Positions 22,666 to 33,365 are shown, counted from the stretch's first letter. The stretch is DNA of 64,000 bases from Candidatus Xenobia bacterium (GCA_045863235.1 BTUM01000014.1:58878-122877); one strand, 5' to 3'. Program-made: numbers and translations. The notes: a model not told the origin generated them from the sequence alone.

Positions 22666-22832
22666 TTTGCACAGGTTGGTGACGAAAGTCCGCTCCACCT
22701 GATCCGGCGCCGGGGCCCTCGGGCAACCGACTTGAGGCAGAAGGCCGTTCCCGCCCCACCCATCTGGCTGATGAAAGGAACGGTGTGTCGCGTGAGGAAC
22801 CCTGTCCGACCAATTGTGGGGAGGAACCGCCC

Positions 22833-23645
22833 GTGGCCACGATCACACCCGAGATGCGAGCACTCAAGGACAAACTCAAAGCGACCTGGATGTCCGGGGA
22901 TTTCCATCAGATTGCCCGCACGTACGCTCCCGGCGCAGTGGAGTTCGTGGAGCGGCTCGCGATTCACTCCGGTATGAAGGTGCTCGACGTCGCCTGCGGC
23001 ACGGGCAACCTGAGCCTGCCCGCGGCTCGCGCTGGCGCAGAGGTGACCGGGGTGGACATCGCGGCCAACCTTCTGCAGAAGGCTACCGAACTGGCGGCGC
23101 AGGAGAAGCTCAGCGCGAAGTTCGAGGAGGGGGACGCCGAGCAACTGCCCTATGCCGAAGGCTCGTTTGACGTGGTGATGACGATGTTCGGCGCCATGTT
23201 CGCGCCCCGGGCGCAGCAAACCGGTCTCGAGCTGGTGCGCGTTTGCCGCCCCGGCGGCCGCATCGCGATGGCCAACTGGACGCCCGCCGGATTCATCGGA
23301 CAGATGTTCAAGCTGACCGCCTCGCACGTGGCCCCACCGCCCGGGGTCGACTCGCCGGTGGGCTGGGGCAACCGCGCCCTCGTCCCGGACCGCCTCCCGG
23401 GCGTAGCCGATCTGAAAATGACCGAGCGCCTGATCACGTTCGAGATCCCGCTCTCGCCACCCGAGGTCGTCGAGTTCTTCCGCACCTGGTACGGACCCAC
23501 GATGCGCGCTTTTGCTGCCCTGGATGGCGAGAAACAGGTTGCCCTTCGGCACGATCTCGAGGAGCTTTGGGCGGGACACAACCAGGCCAAGGACGGAACC
23601 ACGCGCGTGGAATCGGAGTATCTGGAGGTCATTGCCACGCGTTGA
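22833..23645 (+). CDS. Class I SAM-dependent methyltransferase
   Basis: VLDVACGTG, GDAEQLP, FDVV, FGAMFAP, RPGGRI; GTG after GAGGA. Confidence 0.92.
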   Translation: MATITPEMRALKDKLKATWMSGDFHQIARTYAPGAVEFVERLAIHSGMKVLDVACGTGNLSLPAARAGAEVTGVDIAANLLQKATELAAQEKLSAKFEEGDAEQLPYAEGSFDVVMTMFGAMFAPRAQQTGLELVRVCRPGGRIAMANWTPAGFIGQMFKLTASHVAPPPGVDSPVGWGNRALVPDRLPGVADLKMTERLITFEIPLSPPEVVEFFRTWYGPTMRAFAALDGEKQVALRHDLEELWAGHNQAKDGTTRVESEYLEVIATR

Positions 23646-23753
23646 GCTGGGATCTTGTCGCTCACCCGGGAGTAATAGCCAGAACGAGACTCTGTCTCAC
23701 GGAGAGGACCCGCAAGCTCGTTCTCGGATGACTTGCCCGCTACGACCGCAGAG

Positions 23754-25076
23754 TCAACCCTCGAACGACAGCAAGAACGGCTGCTCCAGCGCCGAGCACA
23801 CCCAGCGGAGGAAGCGGGCCGCGTTGGCCCCGTCGATCAGCCGGTGATCGTAGGACAGGCTGAGCGGCAACATCAGGCGCGGGACAAACGCGTTGCCGTC
23901 CCAGACCGGCTCCATCCGAGAGCGCGAGACGCCCAGGATGGCCGCCTCGGGCGGGTTGACGATGGGCGAGAAAGCGGTGCCGCCGATGCCGCCCAGGTTG
24001 GTGATGGTGATGCAGGCCCCCTGCAGGTCCTCCATGCTGGTCTTGCGATCGCGCGCCTTCTCGGCCAGGGCCTGCAATTCTGCGGCCAGCTCGAGGATGT
24101 TCTTGCGCTCGACGTTCTTGACCACCGGCACCAGCAGGCCGCTGGGCGTATCCACGGCCACGCCTACATTGAAGAACTTCTTGTAGACGATCTCCTGGCT
24201 GTCCAGGTCGATGCTGGCATTGAAGTCGGGGAAGCGCTTGAGGGCCGAGGCCAGCACCTTGAGCAGGATGGCTGTGACAGTCAGCTTGCCGCCCGCCTTC
24301 TCGGCCCGCGGGGAGAGTGAGACCCGCAGCTTCTCGAGTTCGGTGATGTCGCACTGGTCATACTGGGTGACCTGGGGGATGGTGGTCCAGGCCAGGGTCA
24401 TCTGCTCGGCCGTCTTCTTGCGCACGCCCTTGAGCGGCTCGCGCGAAGTCTCACCCCAGCGGCTGAAGTCGGGCAGGCTGACGCGCGGCAGGGCGGGCGC
24501 GCCGGCGGCCGGCGCGACGGCCAGCGTCCCGGCCAGCATCTGCTTGGCGGTGCGCTTGACATCCTCGGCCGAAATGCGTCCACCCGGGCCGGTGCCCTGC
24601 ACCTGGGCGATGTTGACCCCGATCTCGCGGGCCAGGCGCCGCACCGAGGGGGCCGCCGGGGCTGAGGGACCGGCGGCCACGGGAGCGGTCTTGGAGCTAC
24701 CGTTGGTCTTGACCGCCGGGACGACCGGCGGGGGGGGCGCCTCGCGGGTCGCCACGGCCGGCGGCTCGCTGCGGGGGGCGGGAGCGGGCTCGCTCCGGGG
24801 CGAGGGAGCGGGGGCCTTGCTGCTGGCAGCCGGCGCCGAGCCTCCGGTTACCGTCAGGATGACCTGGCCCACCCGGGCCCGCTCGCCCGCCTTGACCAGC
24901 ACCTTCTCGACAGTACCCGCAACCTCGGCCGGCACCTCCACGGTGGCCTTGTCGGTCTCCAGTTCGACGACGGCGGTTTGAGCCGTGACGGTGTCGCCCG
25001 GTTTGACCAGCACCCGCAGCACGTCGGCGCCGTCGATGTTATCGCCCAGGTTGGGCAGCTTGACTTCGGTGGCCAT
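23754..25076 (-). CDS. aceF: Pyruvate dehydrogenase E2 (dihydrolipoamide acetyltransferase)
   Basis: One lipoyl domain (ETDKA), PSBD (PSVRRLARE, GTGPGGRI), catalytic DHRLIDG. Confidence 0.95.
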   Translation of the reverse strand: MATEVKLPNLGDNIDGADVLRVLVKPGDTVTAQTAVVELETDKATVEVPAEVAGTVEKVLVKAGERARVGQVILTVTGGSAPAASSKAPAPSPRSEPAPAPRSEPPAVATREAPPPPVVPAVKTNGSSKTAPVAAGPSAPAAPSVRRLAREIGVNIAQVQGTGPGGRISAEDVKRTAKQMLAGTLAVAPAAGAPALPRVSLPDFSRWGETSREPLKGVRKKTAEQMTLAWTTIPQVTQYDQCDITELEKLRVSLSPRAEKAGGKLTVTAILLKVLASALKRFPDFNASIDLDSQEIVYKKFFNVGVAVDTPSGLLVPVVKNVERKNILELAAELQALAEKARDRKTSMEDLQGACITITNLGGIGGTAFSPIVNPPEAAILGVSRSRMEPVWDGNAFVPRLMLPLSLSYDHRLIDGANAARFLRWVCSALEQPFLLSFEG

Positions 25077-25126
25077 GTTCTAAACCTTGCTCCGATCACT
25101 GTGTTGAGCGTTACGTGCTGAAGGTT

Positions 25127-25163
25127 TTGCCTACCCTTCGGGGGCGCCCCCACACAAGTCTGT
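25127..25163. repeat. 37-bp dispersed intergenic element, copy 2
   Basis: TTGCCTACCCTTCGGGGGCGCCCCCACACAAGTCTGT, enclosed by inverted repeat GCTGAAGGTTT/AAACCTTCAGC. Confidence 0.8.
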
Positions 25164-25175
25164 AAACCTTCAGCC

Positions 25176-27872
25176 TTAGGAAATGAGCGGATTGCGCTTC
25201 TCAGGAGAGATCTTCAGCTCCTTCATCGCCTTCTCCACTTTGGCCGCTTCGAGCTGACCAGCGTCGGCCAGGCCCTTGAGGGTGGCCAGCACGATGTGGC
25301 GCGCATCCACCTCGAAGAAGTCGCGCAGCTCCTCGCGGGTCTCACTGCGCCCGAAGCCGTCGGTGCCGAGTGCGATCAAGCCGGGGATCCATTTTGCCAG
25401 GGTCATGGGCACAGCCTTGAGATAGTCGGAGGCGGCCACCACCGGACCCTCGGCGCCCTTGAGGGCCTGCACCAGGTAGGGCACGCGAGCCTTCTTGGTG
25501 GGATGCAGGCGGTTGTGGCGCTCGCAGTCCTGGGCCTCGCGATACAGCTCCTTGTAGGAGGTGGCGCTCCAGACATCCGCCGACACGCCGTGCTCGGCCA
25601 ACATCTCCTGGGCTTTGAGAACCTGCAGCATGATCGGTCCGCTGCCGAACAGTTGGGCCTTCAGCTTGCCCTTGTCGCCTTTCTTGAACAGGTAGAGGCC
25701 TTTGAGGATTCCCTGCTCGGACCCGGCCGGCATCGCGGGGTGGACGTGATTCTCGTTGGTCACGGTCAGGTAGTAGAAGATCGGCTCCTGCTCGATGTAC
25801 ATCCGGCGGATACCGTCTTGGATGATGACGGCCAGCTCATAGGCAAAGGCAGGGTCGTAGGCCATCAGATTGGGCACCGGATAGGCCAGCAGGTGGGAGT
25901 TGCCGTCTTGATGCTGCAGGCCCTCACCGTTCAGGGTCGTGCGCCCCGAGGTTGCCCCCAGCAAGAAGCCGCGGCAGCGCATGTCGGCGGCGGCCCAGAT
26001 CAGGTCGCCGATGCGCTGGAACCCGAACATCGAGTAGAAGATGAAGAAGGGAATGGTGGGGATCTGGTGGGTGGCGTAGGCCGTGCCAGCGGCGATGAAG
26101 CTTGACATGGAGCCGGCCTCGGTGATGCCCTCCTCCAGGATCTGCCCGTCGAGAGATTCCTTGTAGTAAAGCAGACTGGCCGCATCCACCGGCTCGTAGA
26201 GCTGACCGACGCTGGAGTAGATGCCTACGGCCCGGAACAGCGATTCCATGCCGAAAGTGCGGGCCTCGTCGGGGACGATGGGCACCAGGTACCTGCCCAC
26301 GCTGGGATCGCGCAACAGCTTGGACAAGAGCCGCACGAAGGCCATGGTGGTGGAGAGCTCGCGGTCGCCCGAGCCGGGGTGGAACTCCTGGAATGTCTCC
26401 GGGTCGGGGGGTTGGATGGCCGGGCAGCGATCCTGTCGGTGCGGCACCGAGCCGCCCAGAGCCTTGCGGCGCTCGAGCATGTACTGCACTTCGGGGCTGT
26501 CCGGGGCCGGCCGATAGAAGGGGGTATGGGAGCACTGCTCGTCGTCGAGCGGAATGCCGAAGCGGCTGCGGAACTCCTTGAGGCTGTCGAGGTCGAGCTT
26601 CTTCTGTTGGTGGGTGATGTTGCGGGCCTCGCCCGAATCGCCCATCCCGTAGCCCTTGATGGTCAGGGCCAGGATCACCGTGGGCGAGCCGCGGTGCTCC
26701 ACGGCCGACTTGAAGGCGGCGTAGACCTTCTCGGGGTCGTGACCGCCCCGGCGCATGCGCTCGAGCTGCTCGTCGGAAAGATGCTCGACCATCTTGAGCA
26801 GGCGCGGATCGGCCCCGAAAAAGTGCTCGCGGATGTAGGCCCCGCCCTCGACCACGTACTTCTGGTATTCGCCGTCGACCACCTGGCCGCAGCGCTCGAC
26901 GAGCACGTGGTCCTTGTCCTTCTCAAAGAGCGGATCCCAGTCGCCGCCCCAGATCACCTTGATCACGTTCCAGCCGGCGCCCTTGAAGGCCGCCTCCAAC
27001 TCGCGGATGATGCTGGAGTTGCCCCGCACCGGGCCGTCCAGCCGCTGCAGGTTGCAGTTGACCACGAAGATCAGGTTGTCGAGCTTCTCGCGCGAGGCCA
27101 GCGTGATGGCCCCCAGGCTTTCGGGCTCATCGGTCTCGCCGTCGCCCAGGAAGGCCCACACCTTCTGGTGGGTGCGCTCTTTCAGGCCCCGGTTGATCAG
27201 ATACCGGTTGAAGCGAGCCTGATAGATGGCCATAATGGGGCCCAGCCCCATGCTGACGGTGGGGAACTCCCAGAAGTTGGGCATGAGCCAGGGGTGAGGA
27301 TAGGAGCTCAGCCCTCCCCCGTCGGCCAGCTCGCGGCGGAAGTTCTCCAGGTCTTTCTCGGTCAGTCGGCCCTCCAGGAAGGCTCGGGCGTAGACGCCCG
27401 GGGAGGAGTGGCCCTGGAAGTAGATGAGATCGCCGTGGCAGGGATGGTCCTTGCCTCGGAAAAAGTGGTTGAAGCCCACTTCCAGCAGGGTTGCGGCCGA
27501 CTGGTAGGTAGCGATGTGGCCGCCGATGCCGGGGGTCACCTTGTTGCCCCTCACCACCATGGCCATGGCGTTCCAGCGGATCAGGCTCTTGATGCGCCGT
27601 TCGATGTCACGGCTGCCCGGATAGGGAGGCTGGAAATGAGCCGGAATGGTGTTGATGTAGGGGGTGTTGGCGGTAAAGGGGACGCGTACGCCCTTCTTCC
27701 GAGCATGCACCTGCAGGCGGCGCAAGATCTCTACCACCCGCTCGGGGCCCTGGCTCTCCAGGATGTAGTCGAGCGACTCGAGCCATTCGCGGTCTTCGAT
27801 CTCGCGAAGCAGGCGGCTTTCTTCGGATTCTCCTTCGGGGGTGCCCGCGCGGGCAGTGGTCGTGTCAATCAT
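25176..27872 (-). CDS. aceE: Pyruvate dehydrogenase E1, homodimeric type
   Basis: GGHIA, SSYPHPWLMP, TVSMGLG, GDGETDE, NLQRLDGPV, GEGLQHQDG. Confidence 0.97.
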   Translation of the reverse strand: MIDTTTARAGTPEGESEESRLLREIEDREWLESLDYILESQGPERVVEILRRLQVHARKKGVRVPFTANTPYINTIPAHFQPPYPGSRDIERRIKSLIRWNAMAMVVRGNKVTPGIGGHIATYQSAATLLEVGFNHFFRGKDHPCHGDLIYFQGHSSPGVYARAFLEGRLTEKDLENFRRELADGGGLSSYPHPWLMPNFWEFPTVSMGLGPIMAIYQARFNRYLINRGLKERTHQKVWAFLGDGETDEPESLGAITLASREKLDNLIFVVNCNLQRLDGPVRGNSSIIRELEAAFKGAGWNVIKVIWGGDWDPLFEKDKDHVLVERCGQVVDGEYQKYVVEGGAYIREHFFGADPRLLKMVEHLSDEQLERMRRGGHDPEKVYAAFKSAVEHRGSPTVILALTIKGYGMGDSGEARNITHQQKKLDLDSLKEFRSRFGIPLDDEQCSHTPFYRPAPDSPEVQYMLERRKALGGSVPHRQDRCPAIQPPDPETFQEFHPGSGDRELSTTMAFVRLLSKLLRDPSVGRYLVPIVPDEARTFGMESLFRAVGIYSSVGQLYEPVDAASLLYYKESLDGQILEEGITEAGSMSSFIAAGTAYATHQIPTIPFFIFYSMFGFQRIGDLIWAAADMRCRGFLLGATSGRTTLNGEGLQHQDGNSHLLAYPVPNLMAYDPAFAYELAVIIQDGIRRMYIEQEPIFYYLTVTNENHVHPAMPAGSEQGILKGLYLFKKGDKGKLKAQLFGSGPIMLQVLKAQEMLAEHGVSADVWSATSYKELYREAQDCERHNRLHPTKKARVPYLVQALKGAEGPVVAASDYLKAVPMTLAKWIPGLIALGTDGFGRSETREELRDFFEVDARHIVLATLKGLADAGQLEAAKVEKAMKELKISPEKRNPLIS

Positions 27873-27916
27873 AGCCCGAGCAGCTTCGCTTCGAGGCGGA
27901 AAGTTCCCCCAACTGG

Positions 27917-29416
27917 TCAGGAGAGAGGGAATCCGGCCCGAACCAGCGTGCCCTCGCCGGGCCGGCTCTCGATCTGCAGCCAGCCGCCCAGCAGCTCGAC
28001 CCGCTCGCGCATACTCTGCAGCCCGACGCCCTCGGGAGACTGCTCGGTGTCGAAACCCACGCCCCAGTCCTGAAACTCCAGCCGGATCTCGCCTTCCTCC
28101 AGGCTCAGCCTGAGGGCCACCCGCTCAGCGCGCGAATGGCGCCGGGCATTGCTCAGGCACTCGCCGGCAATGCGATAGAGTCCGGTCTCCAGGGCGCCCG
28201 GTATGTTCGTGCCCCCCAGCTCGTTGCGGAAGGTGACCTCCCAGCCCAGCTCCTGGCGCGCATCCTCGAGCTGGCGGCGCAGGGTTTCCACCAGTCCCAG
28301 CTGCTCGAGAGCCGATGGCCGAAGGTCGTAGATCAGCCGCCGACCCTCCTCCACCGAGCCTTTGAGGAACTCCACCGCCCGAGCCAGGCTCTCCTCTCCC
28401 CGCCTTTTCTTGAACATCTGCAACTGCAGGTCGGCGGCGATCACATACTGCAGCATTCCGTCGTGAAGGTCGCGGGCCACCGAGCGGCGCTCCTCCTCCT
28501 GGGCGGTGATGAGCCGGTCGAGCAGCTCGCGCAGGCGCGCCTCTTTGACGGCCAGGCGCGACTCGGCCTGCTTGCGGTCGCTGATGTCCTGAGCCACCGT
28601 GACCAGGGCTTTGAGCTCACCCGACTCCCCCGAGACCAGAGAGCAAGACATGAGCACCGGGATGGGAGAGCCGTCTCGAGCCCGATAGACGGCCTCCAGG
28701 TTGCGACAGGAAGCCATCGTGACCGGACTGGAGCTGCTTTGCAGGATGGATTTGAAGGGCTGGCCCACCAGCTCTTCCTCGGAGTAGCCCAGAACGTTGC
28801 AGGCCACGCCGTTGACCGCCCGCACGATTCCATCCGCTCCGACCACCACCAGCAGGTTGCTCAACGAGCGCAACACCCGGTCGGCATAGGGATGGGTAGA
28901 GAGGGGCAGGGGCTCGGGAGTGAGTCGGCGGCCGGGCCAGGAAAGCAGCGCCATCAAGACCAGAGCCCCTGCAGCCAGCAGGGCCCCCTCCCAATCCAGG
29001 GCCTGGCGACTGGCATAGACAGGTGGGTCGGGGGGCAGGGAGCCGGCCAGCTCGCGGGCAGCCGGCTGGATCTTGGACAGCAGGAGCATCTCGGAGCGCT
29101 GCTGTTGTCCCGACTGAACCAGCGCCAGAGCCTCGGCCCCGTACTGGACCAGGCGAGACAAGGCTTCGCGTCCGGAGGGAGCCAGCGGCGCCAGCCTGGT
29201 CAACTCGGCCTGAAGAGTGCGAATGCGCGACCGATCACCCCCGGACTCGAGAATCAAGGCCGTGTACTCATCCTCGAGTTGAAACGCCAGCAACCTCATC
29301 CTCTGCTGGTCGCGCTGACGCTCGAGCTCGCCGGCCCGGGTCTGCCAGGCCCAGCTCCAGTGCGCTCCTCCCAGGATCAAGGCGGCCAGCAGGCCGTACG
29401 TGAGCCTGACTCTCAC
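27917..29416 (-). CDS. Membrane PAS sensor histidine kinase (HisKA_3/NarX-like)
   Basis: Two TM segments, PAS-PAC, EERRSVARDLHD, LRPSAL, NARRHS, DWGVGF, GLQSMRER. Confidence 0.92.
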   Translation of the reverse strand: MRVRLTYGLLAALILGGAHWSWAWQTRAGELERQRDQQRMRLLAFQLEDEYTALILESGGDRSRIRTLQAELTRLAPLAPSGREALSRLVQYGAEALALVQSGQQQRSEMLLLSKIQPAARELAGSLPPDPPVYASRQALDWEGALLAAGALVLMALLSWPGRRLTPEPLPLSTHPYADRVLRSLSNLLVVVGADGIVRAVNGVACNVLGYSEEELVGQPFKSILQSSSSPVTMASCRNLEAVYRARDGSPIPVLMSCSLVSGESGELKALVTVAQDISDRKQAESRLAVKEARLRELLDRLITAQEEERRSVARDLHDGMLQYVIAADLQLQMFKKRRGEESLARAVEFLKGSVEEGRRLIYDLRPSALEQLGLVETLRRQLEDARQELGWEVTFRNELGGTNIPGALETGLYRIAGECLSNARRHSRAERVALRLSLEEGEIRLEFQDWGVGFDTEQSPEGVGLQSMRERVELLGGWLQIESRPGEGTLVRAGFPLS

Positions 29417-30675
29417 GCTCGCTCCATGGCGGCCCGCAGAGCGGCGGCTGCCTCGTTGATGTCGCGGTAGCGATCGCGGGGGCTGGCGGCCAGCATGCGG
29501 TGCAGGACCCGGCTGAGCTGCGGCTTGCCCGGCAGCTCGGGGAGGGGCTGATGGCGACGACGCAGCATCTCGACCAGGTCGGCGGCCTGAAAGGGATGCT
29601 GGCCGGTCAGCACCTCCCAGGCCAACACGCCCAGGGAATACTGATCGCCAGCTCGGGTCGGCCGTCCGCCGTGCAGCAGCTCGGGCGCCACGTAGGACGG
29701 TGCGGCCGAGGTCTGGCCGGCGCAGAAATCGATCAGGCGGGGTCGCCCGCGCTCATCCACCAGCACATTCTGAGGACGAAGGTCGCCGTGCACCACTCCG
29801 AACTCGTGGGCATGACAGACCACTTCCAGCAGTCCGCTCAGGCAAGAAGCCGCCTCCTTTCCGCTCAGGCTGGCCAGGCTGGTACCGCGCACCAGCTCGT
29901 AGACGACGAAGAAACGCCCCTGGAAGGTGCCGTAATCGAGCATCGGGACGAGGCCGGGGTGAACCAGGCGCCCCGCCACCCTGGCCTCGTGGTGCCCCTG
30001 AGCCTCGTAACCGGGCCGGAACAGCTTCAAGACGACCTCCGGGCCGTGGGGAATCAGCTCGTCGGCTACCGCCCGATAGGCAACGCCATGGGCACCCTGG
30101 CCCAGACGCTCGAGCAGCCGCCAGCTCGCCACCCGGGACAGGACGAGCGGATCCTCGCCGGCTGGCCATCCGGCCAGGTACTCCTGGCGTATCCGACGCA
30201 GGCTCTTCCGTCGCTCTCGCCGCGCCAGCCAGATCCCAAGGAATCCAAGCAGCGAGGCTCCGGCCAGTAACGGATAGACGTGCTGGCGCATCCACTCAAC
30301 GCTGGTGATCGGGGTGAGCCTGACGGGGCGACCAGGCGGCCAGACCCGCTCGCTTTCGAAGAAGCCGCTCGGGATCGTCAGGATCTCTTCGCGAAAGCCC
30401 TCTTTGTAGCATCGAATGCGCAGGGTGGAGACCCGGCGCGCCTCGGTCAGATCGAGCCAGAACCACTCACCCGAGCGGCCCAGGTAGGAGCCTGCCGGGC
30501 TCGAGCCGGAAACGTCCAGATAGAGCCGGGCACCGGGGGGCCTGGTCTCGATTCGAACCTGCACCGCGTCCAGGCCGTCGGCCCGGGCAAACAGCAGCAG
30601 GGCAACCAGAAAGAGCACGCGCTTCAAGGTCGTCTTTCGGGCCGAGCAACGACCTGACGCAGCGTGGTGGCACAA
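29413..30675 (-). CDS. Membrane Ser/Thr protein kinase with N-terminal PEGA-like domain
   Basis: ETRPPGARLYLD, TM, LGQGAHG, VVLK, HGDLRPQN, YVAPE, DQYSLG; true start probably near 30624. Confidence 0.85.
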   Translation of the reverse strand: MCHHAASGRCSARKTTLKRVLFLVALLLFARADGLDAVQVRIETRPPGARLYLDVSGSSPAGSYLGRSGEWFWLDLTEARRVSTLRIRCYKEGFREEILTIPSGFFESERVWPPGRPVRLTPITSVEWMRQHVYPLLAGASLLGFLGIWLARRERRKSLRRIRQEYLAGWPAGEDPLVLSRVASWRLLERLGQGAHGVAYRAVADELIPHGPEVVLKLFRPGYEAQGHHEARVAGRLVHPGLVPMLDYGTFQGRFFVVYELVRGTSLASLSGKEAASCLSGLLEVVCHAHEFGVVHGDLRPQNVLVDERGRPRLIDFCAGQTSAAPSYVAPELLHGGRPTRAGDQYSLGVLAWEVLTGQHPFQAADLVEMLRRRHQPLPELPGKPQLSRVLHRMLAASPRDRYRDINEAAAALRAAMERA

Positions 30676-30685
30676 AGGGCGAACT

Positions 30686-31321
30686 TCAAGGCTCGTTCCT
30701 CAAGAATACGTCTCGGCTCAGCTCGAAGCGTTCGGGGCGGCTGTGCAGGATTGGCTTCTCGAGCACCAGCCGGAGGCTCAGGGGCTGGGCTGGAGTCTCG
30801 GCCGAGCCGGCCAGGGAGGCTGCGAAATCGACCACGCCCGATGCCACGCAAACTTCGCCGTCATCGCGCTCGGAGGCAACCAATCGCATGAGTGGTGCAG
30901 GCAGTTTGCTGGGGTGCTTGCGGGCCAGCTTCAGGGGAGGGCCGTTCCCTTTGGAGGTTCCGCTGGCGGCCCGACTGCGACGCCAAAGCTTGCGCTCGGC
31001 CGGGGCCCAGGAGTAGACGATGAGGCGCTCTTCCCACAACTGCTGGCCATCGGTGCCCACATCCTCGAGCCTGACCAGCGCCAGCGCGGCACCTTCGGCC
31101 CCACTGGTCGGCACCAGGCTCACCCCGCCGGGGGCCGACAGGCGCGCGTCATCGGCGATTCGACCCAGCGCCATGGCGGCCATCTGCTGCAGCTCCACCC
31201 GGGTGGAAAGTCGCGACCACTCGTGCACCGTGAAGCGATAAAGGGCCAGGAGCAGCCCCAGAATGAGCAGGGACAGGGCGGCCCCCACGAGCAGCTCGAT
31301 CAGAGTGTATCCTCGTCTCAT
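30686..31321 (-). CDS. Minor pilin/pseudopilin (PilW/GspJ-like)
   Basis: MRRG|YTLIELLVG class III signal; ATG 31321. Confidence 0.85.
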   Translation of the reverse strand: MRRGYTLIELLVGAALSLLILGLLLALYRFTVHEWSRLSTRVELQQMAAMALGRIADDARLSAPGGVSLVPTSGAEGAALALVRLEDVGTDGQQLWEERLIVYSWAPAERKLWRRSRAASGTSKGNGPPLKLARKHPSKLPAPLMRLVASERDDGEVCVASGVVDFAASLAGSAETPAQPLSLRLVLEKPILHSRPERFELSRDVFLRNEP

Positions 31322-31701
31322 CGCCCCACCGTCGAAATCCAGAGCTCGCGCGACAACTGCTGGGGGCGGCCCCGCCAGCTCCAGCTCACGCGTACCTCCA
31401 GGCCGCGCAGATAGTCCGGATCGCGACCGCTCACCACGAAGACCTCCACCTGGCGGCGATACTCCAGGCCGTGGCGGGTAACCGCCGGCAGCTCGCGCTG
31501 ACCCAGGCCGAGAGCCGCAAACGATTGTCCCCGCAGCTGGTCGAGGGTGGACTCGGCCAGGCTCTGAGCCTCCAGGCGCTGGCGGCTGGACTCGATCGAG
31601 ATGCCCGTCATCGGGTAGAGCGTGCACAGCATCACGATCACCAGGGCCAGCACGGCGATCGTGACCACGCTTTCGAGAGCGGAGAGGCCCCGGCGGCTCA
31701 T
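31318..31701 (-). CDS. Minor pilin/pseudopilin (PilV/GspI-like)
   Basis: MSRRG|LSALESVV; small size; VRVSW motif. Confidence 0.8.
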   Translation of the reverse strand: MSRRGLSALESVVTIAVLALVIVMLCTLYPMTGISIESSRQRLEAQSLAESTLDQLRGQSFAALGLGQRELPAVTRHGLEYRRQVEVFVVSGRDPDYLRGLEVRVSWSWRGRPQQLSRELWISTVGR

Positions 31702-33365
31702 TCCTGCTGTTGCCTCCAGAGCGTGATCTTCATCCGCTGCTCGAAGGGCAGGAAGCGGCTCAGGTCGAGCTGCACCGGATCAACCGGGGCCGGCGGGGGA
31801 GCTTGCAAGAGCGCCCGCAGGGCGGCATCCACCTCGTCTCGGGTGGGAACAGCGGCCGCTCCGGCTACCTGCTCGACCACCAGCATCACGCGGCTGATCG
31901 CTTCCTCGTGCGTCAGCCCACTCTGACTCTCCAGAGTGAGCGGATTTTGCACCGTAAAGGTGGGATTGTCAAAGCGCACGGGAATTCGATAGCCGCCCGG
32001 GAGAGCAAGCTCGCTCATTCCACCCGGAACCAGGTCCAGGGCGGTCGCCTGGGGGGCCTGGATCAGAGTGACCCCGTTGAGGACCACCGAGCCCCGGGCC
32101 ACCAGACTGCCGAGCACCATGACCTGGGTGGCTCGGAAGTCACGGTCGGAGTACAGCATTCCCTGGAAGTGGGAGTTGGGCCCGCCCACAATCTGCACGT
32201 CCCCGCCCGAGACCAGGGCCACCTGGTTGTCGCTGGCCAGGGCGGAGCCACCGTGAAGAACGGTGTCCCCCGTGACGAAGATGGCGCCCACCCCGTGCGC
32301 GCCGCCGTCGATACGAAGATTCCCGTCCACGAACAGCACCCCGTTGTCCAGGGCCAACCCGTCGCGGATGCGCAGGTCGCCCTGACGGCGCACGAAGCCG
32401 ATCAGGGCCGGATCGGACAGCTCGTCCACGGCCAGATGGCGAACCTGGCTTCGTCCCTGGGCCACCGGGTCATAGTCCCGAACGTCCAGGCGGGGCAGGC
32501 TCACCGGGGCCAGGTTCTGCTTGACCTGACCGCCCACCCGACTGCCGCGCGGGTCGACCAGCACCTCGCCCCCGGCCCGCAGGTCCCCGGTCACGCGCGA
32601 GTTGGGGCCGAGCACCAGCGAGCTGGACCCGGGCGCATTGCTGAGCAGGTTACCCGGACCAAGCTCCTCTTCCAGACGCAGGTCCAGGGCCGTCGTGTCC
32701 GTTCCCGCGGGAACCGAGCCCACCAGCAGGTTTCCGTTCGAGCGCAGGCTGCCTCCGGCGGCGACCGCATAGGGGAAGGCGGGCATCTGCAACAGGATCT
32801 CCACGTTGCGCGTGACCCCACCCACGGTAGCACAACCGATCAGGTGGGAGCTGGCGGGCGGAACGGCGCGGCCCCAGCCAGGGACAGCCACGTCGCCGGC
32901 CAGGTTGTTGGTCGAGCAGGGGATGGAGTGTTGCGCGGCCAGGAGCGGGTCGAAGGTCAGAAGGGCCCGACCTGGACCGGTCCGAGGGCGCATTTCGAGC
33001 AACCCTCCCCGGTTGGCCGGGGTGCCAAAGGTGACATCCGTGCGCAGATGGTCGGTCGCCAGCGCGATGACCGATTCGGAAAGAGCGCGCCCCTGCTCGA
33101 GCGACTCGAGTCTGGTGGTGAAGCTCAGATTGCTGACCCCCACCCCCGCCAGGGCAAACGACAAGGTGACCAGCACCGCCACCAGCATTAGAGTGCTGGC
33201 CAGGCTGGCTCCACGCCCTCCCGGACGTCTTCTGGCGGGAGAGAGCAATTTGCTCGACACGGTTGTGATCAGTACGTAGCACACTACCCGAGGATCTTCA
33301 ACCAGAGAGCCGGTACATTGCAAAAACGATGCCACCCGGTTGGGTACACCGGGACCCAGCGCCAT
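31698..33365 (-). CDS. Large minor pilin (PilX/GspK-like) with beta-rich C-terminus
   Basis: RG|ASLASTLMLVAVL lacking Glu5; GxLxI/V repeats; true start likely near 33250. Confidence 0.75.
   Translation of the reverse strand: MALGPGVPNRVASFLQCTGSLVEDPRVVCYVLITTVSSKLLSPARRRPGGRGASLASTLMLVAVLVTLSFALAGVGVSNLSFTTRLESLEQGRALSESVIALATDHLRTDVTFGTPANRGGLLEMRPRTGPGRALLTFDPLLAAQHSIPCSTNNLAGDVAVPGWGRAVPPASSHLIGCATVGGVTRNVEILLQMPAFPYAVAAGGSLRSNGNLLVGSVPAGTDTTALDLRLEEELGPGNLLSNAPGSSSLVLGPNSRVTGDLRAGGEVLVDPRGSRVGGQVKQNLAPVSLPRLDVRDYDPVAQGRSQVRHLAVDELSDPALIGFVRRQGDLRIRDGLALDNGVLFVDGNLRIDGGAHGVGAIFVTGDTVLHGGSALASDNQVALVSGGDVQIVGGPNSHFQGMLYSDRDFRATQVMVLGSLVARGSVVLNGVTLIQAPQATALDLVPGGMSELALPGGYRIPVRFDNPTFTVQNPLTLESQSGLTHEEAISRVMLVVEQVAGAAAVPTRDEVDAALRALLQAPPPAPVDPVQLDLSRFLPFEQRMKITLWRQQQE

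Noticed and set aside
29700..29790. Pseudokinase call from DFC replacing DFG
   Set aside because: Catalytic Lys, Asp and Asn and the Mg-binding Asp are retained, so inactivity is not supported.
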